Shown here: in pieces, positions 50,312-60,808 of the stretch
Position numbering within the stretch: the first letter of the stretch is position 1
Layout of the letters: each line of letters opens with the position of its first letter
Assembly: GCA_963733035.1 (NCBI GenBank)
Contig: CAVTBU010000004.1
Location: 256,001 to 320,000 of the forward strand
From: Pirellulales bacterium
GTDB taxonomy: Bacteria; Planctomycetota; Planctomycetia; Pirellulales; PALSA-1355
Direction: 5' to 3'
Length of the DNA: 64,000 nucleotides
The notes under the pieces: generated by a model
Databases searched by the model: none
Seen by the model: only the letters and a program-made list of their open reading frames with translations
What the model was told of the DNA's origin: nothing
Program-made: the position numbers and the translations under genes

Positions 50312-51249
50312 CTCGTCAAGAGACTAACGCCCTTTACCCCCTTGGAATTTACAGCGCTGCGACAATCGGCTGTCCGTGCCACTCTGCGCCTACGCTGCCA
50401 GTGCGCAACGCGCGGCCGGCGAGTCTTGGTCCGCGGCCGCCAGGCCAGCGTCGTGGGTCTTGCCAATCTGCAGGCGAGTATGCCGCGGCGGCTGGCCCGA
50501 TTGCAAGCGTGCGAGCGCGCGCGAATTCTTCGGCGTCTTGACCAACCTCCAAGTCGGTCGACGACTTGCTCAATCTGTCGTTACTTGGCCCGGTTCGGAA
50601 TTCGCAAAGTTTTCGAGTGGCCTTTTTTCGGGCTGAAAGTTGCGCGCACTTTTCTTTTCGCCTTTTGTAACCTGAAAAATGACATATGTCGTAGCCCGCA
50701 GCTTTCGCATTTTGCCCGAAATGAAACATGACGGTCCTCCGCGCGTCCCCTGTGCAGAATTTGCCGACCGTAGGCTAGCCCAACGGCTGGCTCGATTGAT
50801 AGAGGCAAAGTTTTGGAGGGGCCTACAACACGCGGCACGGCAGGAAGAATACGAGCAAGACGCCGCAATGCAGAGTCGCTACCAGTTGCAGCCGTGAAGA
50901 TCCACTGCCGCCATCGACGTTGCGGCCGAACTGCGCCGAGCGGGCTCGGCGCCACGCAAGCCCGTAGCGCGCGATGCGCAACGACCGCCGCTTCCCGCGG
51001 CTCGACCCTTTCGGGCGACCAACTTTTTTGCCCGGAATTCTCTGGACAAAGCTAGCGGGTTCCTTTACTCTGACGGGTGGCGTGTGGGCCGCCTCCTTTT
51101 GGATCGTTTATTTTTCGCGTGGCCCACGCGGACGAAAATCGGGTCGACAGTTGGCAGGACGAAGAGGCTCGCGAGGGCAACGCGAGAGTCCGGCCGAGCG
51201 AAGTGCGTCTTATTTTCGTTATCGCGTTCCTACGGACAGAGGAAGAGCC

Positions 51250-54200
51250 ATGTCGACCTATCGAACGGTCCTGCGCGGACCAAGCGCGGTTGCGCGCCCC
51301 CAGCGTTTTGCACGTTCCCGCAATTTCGCTTCCAGCCGGTTTTCCAGCCTCAGGCTCGAAGCCCTCGAACAGCGTCACCTGCTGACGGCCACCGTGGTCG
51401 AAGTGACCACCACCCAGGACGTCATCGATCCGAACGACGGCCTCGTCTCCTTGCGCGAAGCCGTGCTCGAAGCGAACGCCTCGCCGAATGACTACCAGAT
51501 CGTGCTCCCCGCCGGCACCTATACCTTGACAATCCAAGGGGCGAACGAAGACGCCGCGCTCACCGGCGACTTGGACATTCTCAACAGCGGCAGCGTCACG
51601 ATCGTCGGCGCCGGCGCCGACACGACGACGATCGACGCCTCGGGGCTGTTCGATGCCGGGCTTGGCTACGGCGACCGGATCTTTGACGTCCAAACCAGCG
51701 CGGCTCTCGATCTGACGGGCCTTACGCTGACAGGCGGGAGTGCTCCAACGGCTAGTACTTCGTCCGGCGCAAGCGGCGGAGCTATCCGAAACGCTGGCGG
51801 CCAATTGACGGTAATCGATTGCACGCTTTCGAACAACGACGCTCCCCTTGGCCTAGGCGGCGTGATCTACAACCTCGGCCAACTGACAGTCACGGGCAGC
51901 ACTTTCAGCGGCAACACCGCGCACTCCGCCGGCAGCGCCGTATACACGAATTCTTCACAATCCAGCTCGATCGGCAGTAGTGAATTCCTGGGCAATTCGA
52001 CAACGGTCGGGAGCGGTGCCCCCATCTACCAAGATGGAGGCCAACTGTCCATCACGGGCTGCTCAGTCTCCGGTACTGATGGCGACGGGATCGCCAATTA
52101 TTATGGTCAGCTGACGATCGTTGACAGCGACGTGACAGGCAATAGTGGGAGTGGACTTCACAACGGCGGCGGAGGCGTCCTAACTGTCGTTGACAGCCTG
52201 ATCTCCGAAAACGCCGCTTCAGGAATCTTCAACGATATGAGCTCGCAACTGGAGGTGGTGGGTTGCACGATTTCCAACAACACCGGCGGCGCCTATGGCG
52301 GCGGAATCTACACGACGGGCCCAACGACCATTACCGCCAGCACCATCACTGGCAATACGGCCCGGGCGGGAGGGGGAATCGCTGCAAACAACGAGTTCCT
52401 TCCCGGAAATGTAGTTTCGATTGTGAACAGCGTGATCTCCGACAACGTGGCGACCGGACATGGCGCCGGGGGAATCTTAAGCGAAGGGGAAATGACGATT
52501 TCCGGCAGCACGATTTCCGGCAACCACGCCGCCGGTGAAGGAGGCGGAATTGTCAAGTTCGTCATAGGGAATCCCACCACCTTGACGATCAGCAACAGCA
52601 CGGTCCAGGGCAACTCGGCCACCACCGGCGGAGGAATCAAAAACGATGGCTCTCCGCTGACCATCACGGAAAGCACCATCTCAGACAACACCGCCACGCT
52701 TGACGGAGGGGGAATTCTCAATAGCGGCGTGTGGTTACTCGAGACGAAAATCATCAACAGTACCGTCTCGAACAATAGTGCGAACCGCGATGGCGGTGGC
52801 GTGTATAGTGGGAGACGGTTGACGGTCTCCAATAGCACCATCACCGGCAATCGTGCGGATGCCGATGGTATCGACGGCGGCCTGGGTGGCGGATTTGCCC
52901 TGACGCCTAACGCCGTTGCCTTGCTGCAAAATACGATTGTGGCCGGCAACCTTCGCGGTGCCGACCCCGGCGCGGCCGACAGCGATATCGAGCTGTCCGG
53001 CGGCCAGGTCGATCCGGCCAGTTCCTATAACCTCATCGGCGACCCCAATACGGCCGGTGGCCTGGTGAATGGCACCAACGGCAACATCGTCGGCGACGCG
53101 ACTGGGAATGCGCTCGACATCAATGCGATTCTCGATCCAAATCTGGCCGACAATGGTGGGCCGACGCTGACGCACAAGCTTGTCGATGGCAGCCCGGCCA
53201 TCAACGCGGGGGATCCGGCGTTCGATCCGAACGCCACCGACCCGCCGACGTTCTTCGACCAGCGGGGCGTGGGCTTCCCGCGGGTCAAGAACGGCCGCTT
53301 GGACATCGGCGCTTACGAGGCCGACGCCAACCTGATTGGGCCGGGCAATGTGATCACGGTGGGCACGTTCGACGACTCGTTGGCCGTCGACGGAGTGTGG
53401 TCGCTGCGCGAGGCGGTGATGTACGCCAACAGCCATCCCGGCGACTTCACCATCCAGCTCCCCGCCGGCACGTACACGCTCACCCGCCAGGGAGCGAATG
53501 AAGACGCGGCGCTGACCGGCGACCTCGACATTCTCAACAACGGCAGCGTCCAGATCGTCGGCGCCGGCGCCGACACAACGACGATCGATGCCTCGGGATT
53601 GTTCGACGCCGGACTCGGCTACGGCGACCGGCTGTTTGATGTACACGGCGCCACGCTAAGCCTCGACGGCCTTACGCTCACTGGCGGTAGCACGCCGACG
53701 TCTGGTGACGACGCGGACACGAGCGGTGGGGCCATCCGTAATTCCGGTGGTGAACTGTTCGTCACCGGCAGCACGCTCTCGAACAACACGGCCAAGGGCA
53801 GCGGCGGTGGAATCTATAGTAGCGAAGCGGTTGTCACCATCGACGGCACGACTATCTCAAGCAACGCCGCCGGAAGTGGCGGTGGAATCTATTGCAATCA
53901 GAGCCAGCTAACGGTTCGTAATTCCACACTTTCTGGAAACTCTGGAGAAGGCGGAGCAATCAGTAGCCACTTAGGCGAAACGTCGATCATTGACAGCACG
54001 CTGTCGGACAACAATGCGCCCTACGATGGCGGCGGCATCCTGAATTTCAGCAGTGATCTTCGTGTCGTCCACACGATGTTCGCCGGCAACACCTCGCAGT
54101 TCGTCGGCGGAGCGATCTACAGCCGTTCAGTTCTGCGACAAGACGTTTCGGTGGTCGATAGCACTTTCGTTGATAACTCCGCTGCCGGCAGTGGTGGTGG

Positions 54201-57200
54201 GATCTGGATCGACAACGGTTCAATATTATTTACAAACACCACTTTTTCGGGAAACTCCGCCGTCCTCGGTGGCGCAGTCTACAACAACGAAGGGCAAATT
54301 ACGCTAACGAACAGCACGGTTTCCGGCAATTCTGCTGGGGGCGGCGGCGGTATCTACAATTTCTCGCGCGGCAACATGACGATCACCGGCAGCACCATCT
54401 CCGACAATATGGCAAACGGCAGCGGAGGCGGAATCTATAGCGGCGGGCAGTTGCTGCTGCAGAATAGCACGGTCTCTGGGAACACCGCGTCTGACGGCGG
54501 CGGAATCTCTGGCTTTGCTTCGGTCATCGCTTGCACGATTTCGGGAAACTCGGCAGTCGCCAGCGCGACCTCGGGAGACTCACTATATGCCGGCGATGGT
54601 GGTGGGATTAGCGGTAGTGTCACACTCATAGACAGTACCGTCTCGGGGAACTCCGCCACGAACGACGGCGGCGGAATCTTTGAAGGTGGAACCATCCGCA
54701 ACAGTACCATCGTCGGCAACCGCGCCGACTCGGATGACGACGGTGCGGGAATCGGCGGCGGAATTTGCGCAGGGTATGGGAGCTTGCAAAACACTATCGT
54801 CGCCGGGAACGTTCGCGGCGCCGCGGCGGCAGAAGAGGCCAGTGACGTAGAACTTGAATCGGCGACCCACTTCACCGGAGGTTCCTATAACCTGATCGGC
54901 GACCCCCACACGGCCGGCGGCCTGGTCGATGGTACCAACGGCAACATCGTCGGTGACGCCAGCGGCCGTGCGCTTGACATCAATGCGATTCTCGATCCAA
55001 ATCTGGCCGACAATGGCGGGCCGACGCTGACGCATAAGCTCCTCGACGGCAGCCCGGCCATCAACGCGGGGGATCCTGCGTTTGATCCGAATGCCACCGA
55101 CCCGCCGACGCTCTTCGACCAGCGGGGCGTGGGCTTCCCGCGGGTCAAGAACGGCCGCTTGGACATCGGCGCTTACGAGGCCGACGCCAACCTGATTGGG
55201 CCGGGCAATGTGATCACGGTGGGCACGTTCGACGACTCGTTGGCCGTCGACGGAGTGTGGTCGCTGCGCGAGGCGGTGATGTACGCCAACAGCCATCCCG
55301 GCGACTTCACCATCCAGCTCCCCGCCGGCACCTACACGCTCACCCGCCAGGGGGCGAATGAAGACGCGGCGCTGACCGGCGACCTCGACATCCTCAACAA
55401 CGGCAGCGTCACGATCGTCGGCGCCGGCGCCGACACAACGACGATCGATGCCTCGGGATTGTTCGACGCCGGACTCGGCTACGGCGACCGGCTGTTTGAT
55501 GTACACGGCGCCACGCTAAGCCTCGACGGCCTCACGCTCACCGGCGGTAGCACGCCGACGTCTGGTGACGACGCGGACACGAGCGGTGGCGCCATCCGTA
55601 ATACTGGCGGTGAACTGTTCGTCACAAACGACACGCTTTCGAACAACACGGCCAAACACAACGGTGGCGGAATCTATGGCATCCAGGCGGTGATCAACGT
55701 CACCGGCACCACGCTTACCACACTCAGCGCAGACCTCGGCGCTCTTTACGCCGACGACCATTCTACCGTCACCGTCACCGACAGCACTATTTCGGACGTC
55801 ACCGGGTTTGGGATCATTTGCAAGCAGTGTCAATTAACTGTCCGCAATAGCACGCTATCTGGAAACTTGGGCGGAGCAATCCGGCTCTTCTCGAGCGAAA
55901 CGTCGATCATTGACAGCACGATTTCTGAAAACAGAGGAAATCTAGGCGCCATTAACAATCAGGACGGCGATCTTAGCATCGTCCATTCAATATTCGCCGG
56001 CAACACCAGCTTTGCGGACGTCGGCGGAGCGATCACTAACTATAATTCCCAGAACGTCAATTCCAAGAAACTCTCGGTAGTAGATAGCACGTTCCTCAAT
56101 AACAACGCCTATTCTAATGGCGGCGGCGCGATAGGTAGCTACGATGGGACGGTTCTCATTGCGAACAGCACCTTCTCGGGCAACTCCGCCTACAATGGCG
56201 GCGGTGCGATCTTCGTGAGCGGCGGGTCCTTTACGCTCACCAGTAGCGTGGTTTCCGGCAATTCCGCCCAACTGGAAGGCGGTGGAATCGAGAGTTGGGG
56301 TTGCCGCATGACCATCACCGGTAGCACCATCTCCGACAATACCGCAGCCAGAGGAGGTGGAATCGTGGAAACCAGAGGCCGCGGGCAATTACTGCTGCAG
56401 AATAGCACCGTCTCTGGGAACACCGCGCTCAATGATAGCGGCGGCGGAATCTGGTCCTCTGGCTCTTCGGCAATCATCAACAGTACGCTCTCGAACAATA
56501 GTACGAAACTTGGTGGCGGTGGCGTGTATAGTACGGGACCGTTGACGATCAGTAATAGCACCATCACCGGCAATCGTGCGGATGCCAATGGTATCGACGG
56601 CGGCCTGGGCGGCGGATTTGCCCTGATCAATAACGCCGTTGCCTTGCTGCAAAACTCCATCATCGCCGGCAACGTCCGCGGAGCCGGTCCCGGCGCGGCC
56701 GACAGCGATATCGAGCTGTCCGGCGGCCAGGTCGACCCAGCCAGTTCCTACAATCTCATCGGCGACCCCCACACGGCTGGTGGCCTGGTCGATGGCGTGA
56801 ACGGCAACATCGTCGGCGATGGAAACGGCAATTCCCTCGACATTCACACGGTTCTCGACACCACGCTGGCCGACAACGGCGGCCCGACTTTGACGCACGC
56901 CCTGGTGCCGGGAAGCCCGGCGGTCAACGCGGGCGATCCGGCGTTCGATCCCAACGCGACCGATCCGCCGACGCTCTTCGATCAACGCGGCGCGGGTTAC
57001 AGCCGCGTCGTTGGACGGCACGTGGACATCGGGGCATATGAATCTGGTGCCACGTTCCAGACGGTCGTGACCGGCCGGCAAATCTTTTACGACAACTCGA
57101 CCTTCAATGGTAACGTTTCCGGCGTTGGTCCCTTCGATGCGTTCGCCATCGCCACCGACAAACAGGCCCTGCTGCCTGGTGGCAGCCTGGCGGGGCCGCA

Positions 57201-58014
57201 AAACGTCACGAGCTACTCGCGTGGCATTAACGGCATCATGGTCGACATCGCCGGTTCGCATCCGGATATCACGGCCGCCGACTTCATCTTCCGCGTGGGC
57301 AGCAACAACGCGCCCGATACCTGGGCGGCGGCGCCCGCGCCCTCGGCCGTGGTGGTGCTGCCGGGCCAGGGAGACGGCGGATCCGACCGCGTGGAAATCG
57401 TCTGGCCCGACGGCGCGATCAAGAACACGTATCTCGAAGTGATCGTCGCGGCCGACGCCCACACCGGCCTTTCGTCGCCCGATGAATTCTTCTTCGGCAA
57501 CCGCGTTGGCGACACGCTGGCAGGCACGCCGGCGAGCTATTTTGTCACCAACGCGGCCGACGAGATCGCAGCCCGCCAGTCGACGGGCGTTGCTTATCAG
57601 ATAAGCAACGCTTTGGATTTCGATCGCAACGGCGTGGTCAACGCCGCCGATCAGATCATCGCCCGCACCAATGGCGGCGTCCTGTCGCGCATTCAGATTT
57701 CGCCCCCGCCCGCCCCGCTCGCGCAGCCGTCAGGCACAAGCGACGCGCTGGCCAGTAAACCAAGCGACGACCTGCGAAACGCCGTGACCGCGTCGCTGAC
57801 AGTGCCGACCGAAAGTGTCCCCGCCACCGCGGAGTCACCTGCTCCGGCCGTCGTCCTGGCGAAAGCCGCTCCACTGAGCGCCGCCCAGGTCGACTGGGCA
57901 CTGGCTGCCGATTGGTCGTACGCCGCCGACAGTCTCGACGAGTTGTTTTCAACTGGCAATGCGAACGAAGTCGACGAACTGGCGCTCGAACTTCTCATCG
58001 GTGCTCTGACGTAG
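51250..58014 (+). CDS. Giant planctomycete surface protein: three (CSLREA-like + Pmp-like beta-helix + choice-of-anchor-Q-like) modules plus a C-terminal dockerin/EF-hand-like domain
   Basis: LRLEALEQRHLL motif; SLREAV three times; GGAI/GGGI repeats; LADNGGPTLTH...GSPA.NAG...DQRG...DIGAYE three times; DFDRNGVVNAAD. Confidence 0.88.
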   Translation: MSTYRTVLRGPSAVARPQRFARSRNFASSRFSSLRLEALEQRHLLTATVVEVTTTQDVIDPNDGLVSLREAVLEANASPNDYQIVLPAGTYTLTIQGANEDAALTGDLDILNSGSVTIVGAGADTTTIDASGLFDAGLGYGDRIFDVQTSAALDLTGLTLTGGSAPTASTSSGASGGAIRNAGGQLTVIDCTLSNNDAPLGLGGVIYNLGQLTVTGSTFSGNTAHSAGSAVYTNSSQSSSIGSSEFLGNSTTVGSGAPIYQDGGQLSITGCSVSGTDGDGIANYYGQLTIVDSDVTGNSGSGLHNGGGGVLTVVDSLISENAASGIFNDMSSQLEVVGCTISNNTGGAYGGGIYTTGPTTITASTITGNTARAGGGIAANNEFLPGNVVSIVNSVISDNVATGHGAGGILSEGEMTISGSTISGNHAAGEGGGIVKFVIGNPTTLTISNSTVQGNSATTGGGIKNDGSPLTITESTISDNTATLDGGGILNSGVWLLETKIINSTVSNNSANRDGGGVYSGRRLTVSNSTITGNRADADGIDGGLGGGFALTPNAVALLQNTIVAGNLRGADPGAADSDIELSGGQVDPASSYNLIGDPNTAGGLVNGTNGNIVGDATGNALDINAILDPNLADNGGPTLTHKLVDGSPAINAGDPAFDPNATDPPTFFDQRGVGFPRVKNGRLDIGAYEADANLIGPGNVITVGTFDDSLAVDGVWSLREAVMYANSHPGDFTIQLPAGTYTLTRQGANEDAALTGDLDILNNGSVQIVGAGADTTTIDASGLFDAGLGYGDRLFDVHGATLSLDGLTLTGGSTPTSGDDADTSGGAIRNSGGELFVTGSTLSNNTAKGSGGGIYSSEAVVTIDGTTISSNAAGSGGGIYCNQSQLTVRNSTLSGNSGEGGAISSHLGETSIIDSTLSDNNAPYDGGGILNFSSDLRVVHTMFAGNTSQFVGGAIYSRSVLRQDVSVVDSTFVDNSAAGSGGGIWIDNGSILFTNTTFSGNSAVLGGAVYNNEGQITLTNSTVSGNSAGGGGGIYNFSRGNMTITGSTISDNMANGSGGGIYSGGQLLLQNSTVSGNTASDGGGISGFASVIACTISGNSAVASATSGDSLYAGDGGGISGSVTLIDSTVSGNSATNDGGGIFEGGTIRNSTIVGNRADSDDDGAGIGGGICAGYGSLQNTIVAGNVRGAAAAEEASDVELESATHFTGGSYNLIGDPHTAGGLVDGTNGNIVGDASGRALDINAILDPNLADNGGPTLTHKLLDGSPAINAGDPAFDPNATDPPTLFDQRGVGFPRVKNGRLDIGAYEADANLIGPGNVITVGTFDDSLAVDGVWSLREAVMYANSHPGDFTIQLPAGTYTLTRQGANEDAALTGDLDILNNGSVTIVGAGADTTTIDASGLFDAGLGYGDRLFDVHGATLSLDGLTLTGGSTPTSGDDADTSGGAIRNTGGELFVTNDTLSNNTAKHNGGGIYGIQAVINVTGTTLTTLSADLGALYADDHSTVTVTDSTISDVTGFGIICKQCQLTVRNSTLSGNLGGAIRLFSSETSIIDSTISENRGNLGAINNQDGDLSIVHSIFAGNTSFADVGGAITNYNSQNVNSKKLSVVDSTFLNNNAYSNGGGAIGSYDGTVLIANSTFSGNSAYNGGGAIFVSGGSFTLTSSVVSGNSAQLEGGGIESWGCRMTITGSTISDNTAARGGGIVETRGRGQLLLQNSTVSGNTALNDSGGGIWSSGSSAIINSTLSNNSTKLGGGGVYSTGPLTISNSTITGNRADANGIDGGLGGGFALINNAVALLQNSIIAGNVRGAGPGAADSDIELSGGQVDPASSYNLIGDPHTAGGLVDGVNGNIVGDGNGNSLDIHTVLDTTLADNGGPTLTHALVPGSPAVNAGDPAFDPNATDPPTLFDQRGAGYSRVVGRHVDIGAYESGATFQTVVTGRQIFYDNSTFNGNVSGVGPFDAFAIATDKQALLPGGSLAGPQNVTSYSRGINGIMVDIAGSHPDITAADFIFRVGSNNAPDTWAAAPAPSAVVVLPGQGDGGSDRVEIVWPDGAIKNTYLEVIVAADAHTGLSSPDEFFFGNRVGDTLAGTPASYFVTNAADEIAARQSTGVAYQISNALDFDRNGVVNAADQIIARTNGGVLSRIQISPPPAPLAQPSGTSDALASKPSDDLRNAVTASLTVPTESVPATAESPAPAVVLAKAAPLSAAQVDWALAADWSYAADSLDELFSTGNANEVDELALELLIGALT
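53021..55655 (+). repeat. Intragenic near-identical repeat of about 770 bp (53021-53795 versus 54881-55655, offset 1860)
   Basis: Line-by-line identity with scattered mismatches; for example the lines at 53281 and 55141 are identical. Confidence 0.92.
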
Positions 58015-58064
58015 TCGTCCCGGTGCCCAGCTAAGTTGGACGAGGAAGCGCCGCGCACCGAACG

Positions 58065-58709
58065 TTACGATTTGCTCACTTTGTCTTCGATGCCAAATCT
58101 CGCCGTTCGTAACATCAGGTCCACGACCAATCGCGGAAACATGTCGCCGTCTCGGCAGCGGTCCTGCAGCCCGGGAGCCAGGATCTCGATCGCGCGGCGA
58201 TAGGCGAATAGCGACGAGATGATGCCGTACATGACCACGGTGGAGAGTTGGACGCTGTCTCCATCTGGCACGCGAGCGGCGCGGGCAATCAGCTCTCTGA
58301 GCCATTGCAATTCCGGACGCAGCTTTCGATTCAGCAGTTCCTCGAATGCCGGAGAGGGATCGAGGTACTCGCGCTCGATTAGCAAGACTCGCCAATCGGG
58401 CCCTCCGGGCGCCAAGAGATTGGAGGTGTGCTGCTGGACCAGTTGCAAAAGTGCTTTGCGCGGTGGGAGAGACTCCAAAACCGCCAACTGTTCCTGCGGC
58501 AGCGTTTCGCACTGGATGGCCGACTCGAGCACCTCGCGGTACAGGCCGTCCTTGTCTCGAAAATGGTAGTTGAGCGCGCTGAGGCTGGCATCGGCCCTCG
58601 CGCAAATGTCGCGGACGGTTACCCCGTGAAATCCATGCTGGGCAAACAGCTGGCCTGCCGCCTCGATCATGTTGGTGCGGGTGCGGTCGGTGTCGGTTTT
58701 TGTACCCAT
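58065..58709 (-). CDS. TetR family regulator (CecR-like)
   Basis: IEAAGQLFAQHGF.GVTVRDIC..A.......NYHFRDKDGLY. Confidence 0.9.
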   Translation of the reverse strand: MGTKTDTDRTRTNMIEAAGQLFAQHGFHGVTVRDICARADASLSALNYHFRDKDGLYREVLESAIQCETLPQEQLAVLESLPPRKALLQLVQQHTSNLLAPGGPDWRVLLIEREYLDPSPAFEELLNRKLRPELQWLRELIARAARVPDGDSVQLSTVVMYGIISSLFAYRRAIEILAPGLQDRCRDGDMFPRLVVDLMLRTARFGIEDKVSKS

Positions 58710-58739
58710 CGCTTGATTCCCTGGAAGACCTGTAGTACA

Positions 58740-58768
58740 ACTGTATGGTACGTTTGTACCACAGTCAA
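58740..58768 (-). promoter_or_regulatory. tetR promoter with an operator palindrome in its spacer
   Basis: Minus strand TTGACT-17 nt-TACAGT; spacer contains TGGTAC-N4-GTACCA (58746-58761). Confidence 0.7.
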
Positions 58769-58867
58769 GATGGCACTGCGAGAGCGTGAAAAACTGGCCC
58801 GGAAGCGGCCTTTCTTGCGAAGCGGCAGAGGCGATCTCGACCTTCTCCGATATGAGGAGTTCTTGCC

Positions 58868-60235
58868 ATGGCACGCGCCACGCTACCCCCGGGTCCCAAG
58901 GGTCTTGCCAAGATCCGGACCTGCGTTGATTTCTTTCGCGATCCGCTGGACCTCTTGCCGCGGCTGGCCGAGCGCTATGGCGACACGGTGTATTTAGGGC
59001 TGCCCGGGATGCGGATGTTCATCCTGAATCACCCGCGAGATATCGAGACCGTGCTGCGGCACCATGCCGAGTCGTTCATGAAGGATCGCTTTCTGCAGGC
59101 GAGCCGAACGCTGTTTGGCCAAGGCTTGCTAACCAGCGAAGGCCCGCTGTGGCGTCGTCAGCGAAAGCTCGCGCAGCCGGCATTCCAATTGCAGCGCATT
59201 CAGAGCTATGGCGATGCCATGACGGCGGCGACCCGCAAGATGCTGGAAGTCTGGCGGGTGGGAGAAGAGCGGAATGTTCATGCGGACCTAATGCGTCTGA
59301 CGCTGGACATAGTGGGCCAGACACTGTTCGGCACCGACATGGACCAATATGGCGAAGAGATAGCGACGTCATTCCTGACATTGACGGACTTCTTTGCCAG
59401 TCCGGCGGCGTTGTCCGCAACCTGGCAGCGGGTGCCGACACCCTTCAACTTGCGGTACCGCGGCGCGGTCCGTCGTATCGAGGCAATCATCGCTCAACTG
59501 ATCGAAAGCAGGCGTGCCGGCGGTACCGAGGGAAATGACTTTCTATCGCGGCTAATGGCGGCAACAGACGAAGCTGGCCAGCGGATGACGGATCGGCAAC
59601 TCCGCGACGAAGCAATTACCTTCGTCTTGGCGGGGCACGAAACCACGGCGCTGGCCTTGACCTTTACGTTCCTCTTGCTGGGCCAGCACCCGGAGGTAGA
59701 ACGCCGTTTGGCCGACGAGGTGACCAATGTTTTGGGCGGACGGGTGCCCACGGCCGCGGATGTCCCGCGACTTGAATATGCCAACTGGGTTGTGAAGGAG
59801 TCGATGCGGCTCTATCCGCCGGTCTGGACGATCGGACGCGAGGCGCTCACCGACGTGGAGATCGAAGGTTATACGCTTCCCAAGAAGGCCCAGGTCCTGC
59901 TCGGGCAGTGGGTCGTGCATCGCGACCAACGTTTCTTTGCCGACCCGCTCAAGTTTCGTCCCGAGCGTTGGGGCGAGCCCCAGATGGAGTCGCTGCCGCG
60001 GTGCGCGTATTTTCCTTTTGGCGATGGACCACGGATTTGCATTGGCAATCAATTCGCGATGATGGAAGCGGTGCTGATCCTGGCGACGATGGTCGCCCGC
60101 CACCGGCTCGAACTCGTGCCGGAGCAGCAAATCGATCTGTTGCCGTCGATTACACTGCGGCCAAAAAACGGAGTCCGCATCGTCGTCCGCCGCCCAACGA
60201 AGTCGGCAGCGGCCGCCGTCGGTGTCGGCTCCTGA
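58868..60235 (+). CDS. Cytochrome P450
   Basis: PPGP, AGHETT, ESMRLYPP, FRPERW, FPFGDGPRICIG heme-ligand motif. Confidence 0.96.
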   Translation: MARATLPPGPKGLAKIRTCVDFFRDPLDLLPRLAERYGDTVYLGLPGMRMFILNHPRDIETVLRHHAESFMKDRFLQASRTLFGQGLLTSEGPLWRRQRKLAQPAFQLQRIQSYGDAMTAATRKMLEVWRVGEERNVHADLMRLTLDIVGQTLFGTDMDQYGEEIATSFLTLTDFFASPAALSATWQRVPTPFNLRYRGAVRRIEAIIAQLIESRRAGGTEGNDFLSRLMAATDEAGQRMTDRQLRDEAITFVLAGHETTALALTFTFLLLGQHPEVERRLADEVTNVLGGRVPTAADVPRLEYANWVVKESMRLYPPVWTIGREALTDVEIEGYTLPKKAQVLLGQWVVHRDQRFFADPLKFRPERWGEPQMESLPRCAYFPFGDGPRICIGNQFAMMEAVLILATMVARHRLELVPEQQIDLLPSITLRPKNGVRIVVRRPTKSAAAAVGVGS

Positions 60236-60298
60236 AGCACCACCAAGTTTGTCCCACACAAGAAAACCCTTGCCTTTCCGGCCGGCCAACGCTAATAT

Positions 60299-60314
60299 GC
60301 AACCGTTTGGTTGC
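60299..60314. promoter_or_regulatory. Putative ArsR-family operator upstream of SRPBCC-arsR
   Basis: GCAACC-GTTT-GGTTGC perfect inverted repeat. Confidence 0.6.
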
Positions 60315-60343
60315 CTATTAATTCGAACCCGGGAGAACTTCAG

Positions 60344-60808
60344 ATGAGCAAGTCGAGCACGGACCGCATCGAAAAGAGCGTTGAATTAAAGGCGCCCGTT
60401 TCTCGAGTCTGGCGAGCGATCACGGATTACAGGGAGTTCGGAACATGGTTTCGGGTGGACCTCGAATCGCCGTTTGTTCCCGGAAAAGTCACGCGAGGCA
60501 GAATCACGCACCCCGGCTACGAACACCTGGTGATGGAAGTGACCGTCCAGAAAACGGAGCCCGAGCAGCTGTTCTCTTTCCATTGGCACCCGTATGCGGT
60601 AGACCCCAGTGTGGACTACACCCACGAGCCTCCCACGCTCGTGGAATTCAAACTCGAGCCAGCGGCTGGTGGAACTTTGTTGGTGGTCACGGAGTCCGGA
60701 TTCGATGCGCTCCCGGCCGCGCGACGGGACGAGGCCTTCCGAATGAACGACGGCGGCTGGGCCGCGCAGCTAAAGAACATCGAGAAACATGTCCACGACA
60801 ACACATAG
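60344..60808 (+). CDS. SRPBCC/AHSA1 (CalC-like) ligand-binding protein
   Basis: APVSRVWRAITD..EFGTWF, FSFHWHP, TLVEFKL, VTESGF, GGW..QL. Confidence 0.88.
   Translation: MSKSSTDRIEKSVELKAPVSRVWRAITDYREFGTWFRVDLESPFVPGKVTRGRITHPGYEHLVMEVTVQKTEPEQLFSFHWHPYAVDPSVDYTHEPPTLVEFKLEPAAGGTLLVVTESGFDALPAARRDEAFRMNDGGWAAQLKNIEKHVHDNT

Noticed and set aside
50790..51080. c-di-GMP riboswitch upstream of the surface protein
   Set aside because: Only short GGCAAA/CAAAGC words are present; the GNRA tetraloop and receptor stems could not be built
56389..57462. Long antisense ORFs (also 52735-53646, 54583-55506, 35176-36177, 2618-3613)
   Set aside because: Shadow frames of GC-rich genes with no domain signatures
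51250..58014. CRISPR array or DGR template/variable repeat pair
   Set aside because: The repeats are long in-frame coding modules; there are no spacers, cas genes or reverse transcriptase, and the mismatches are not adenine-specific
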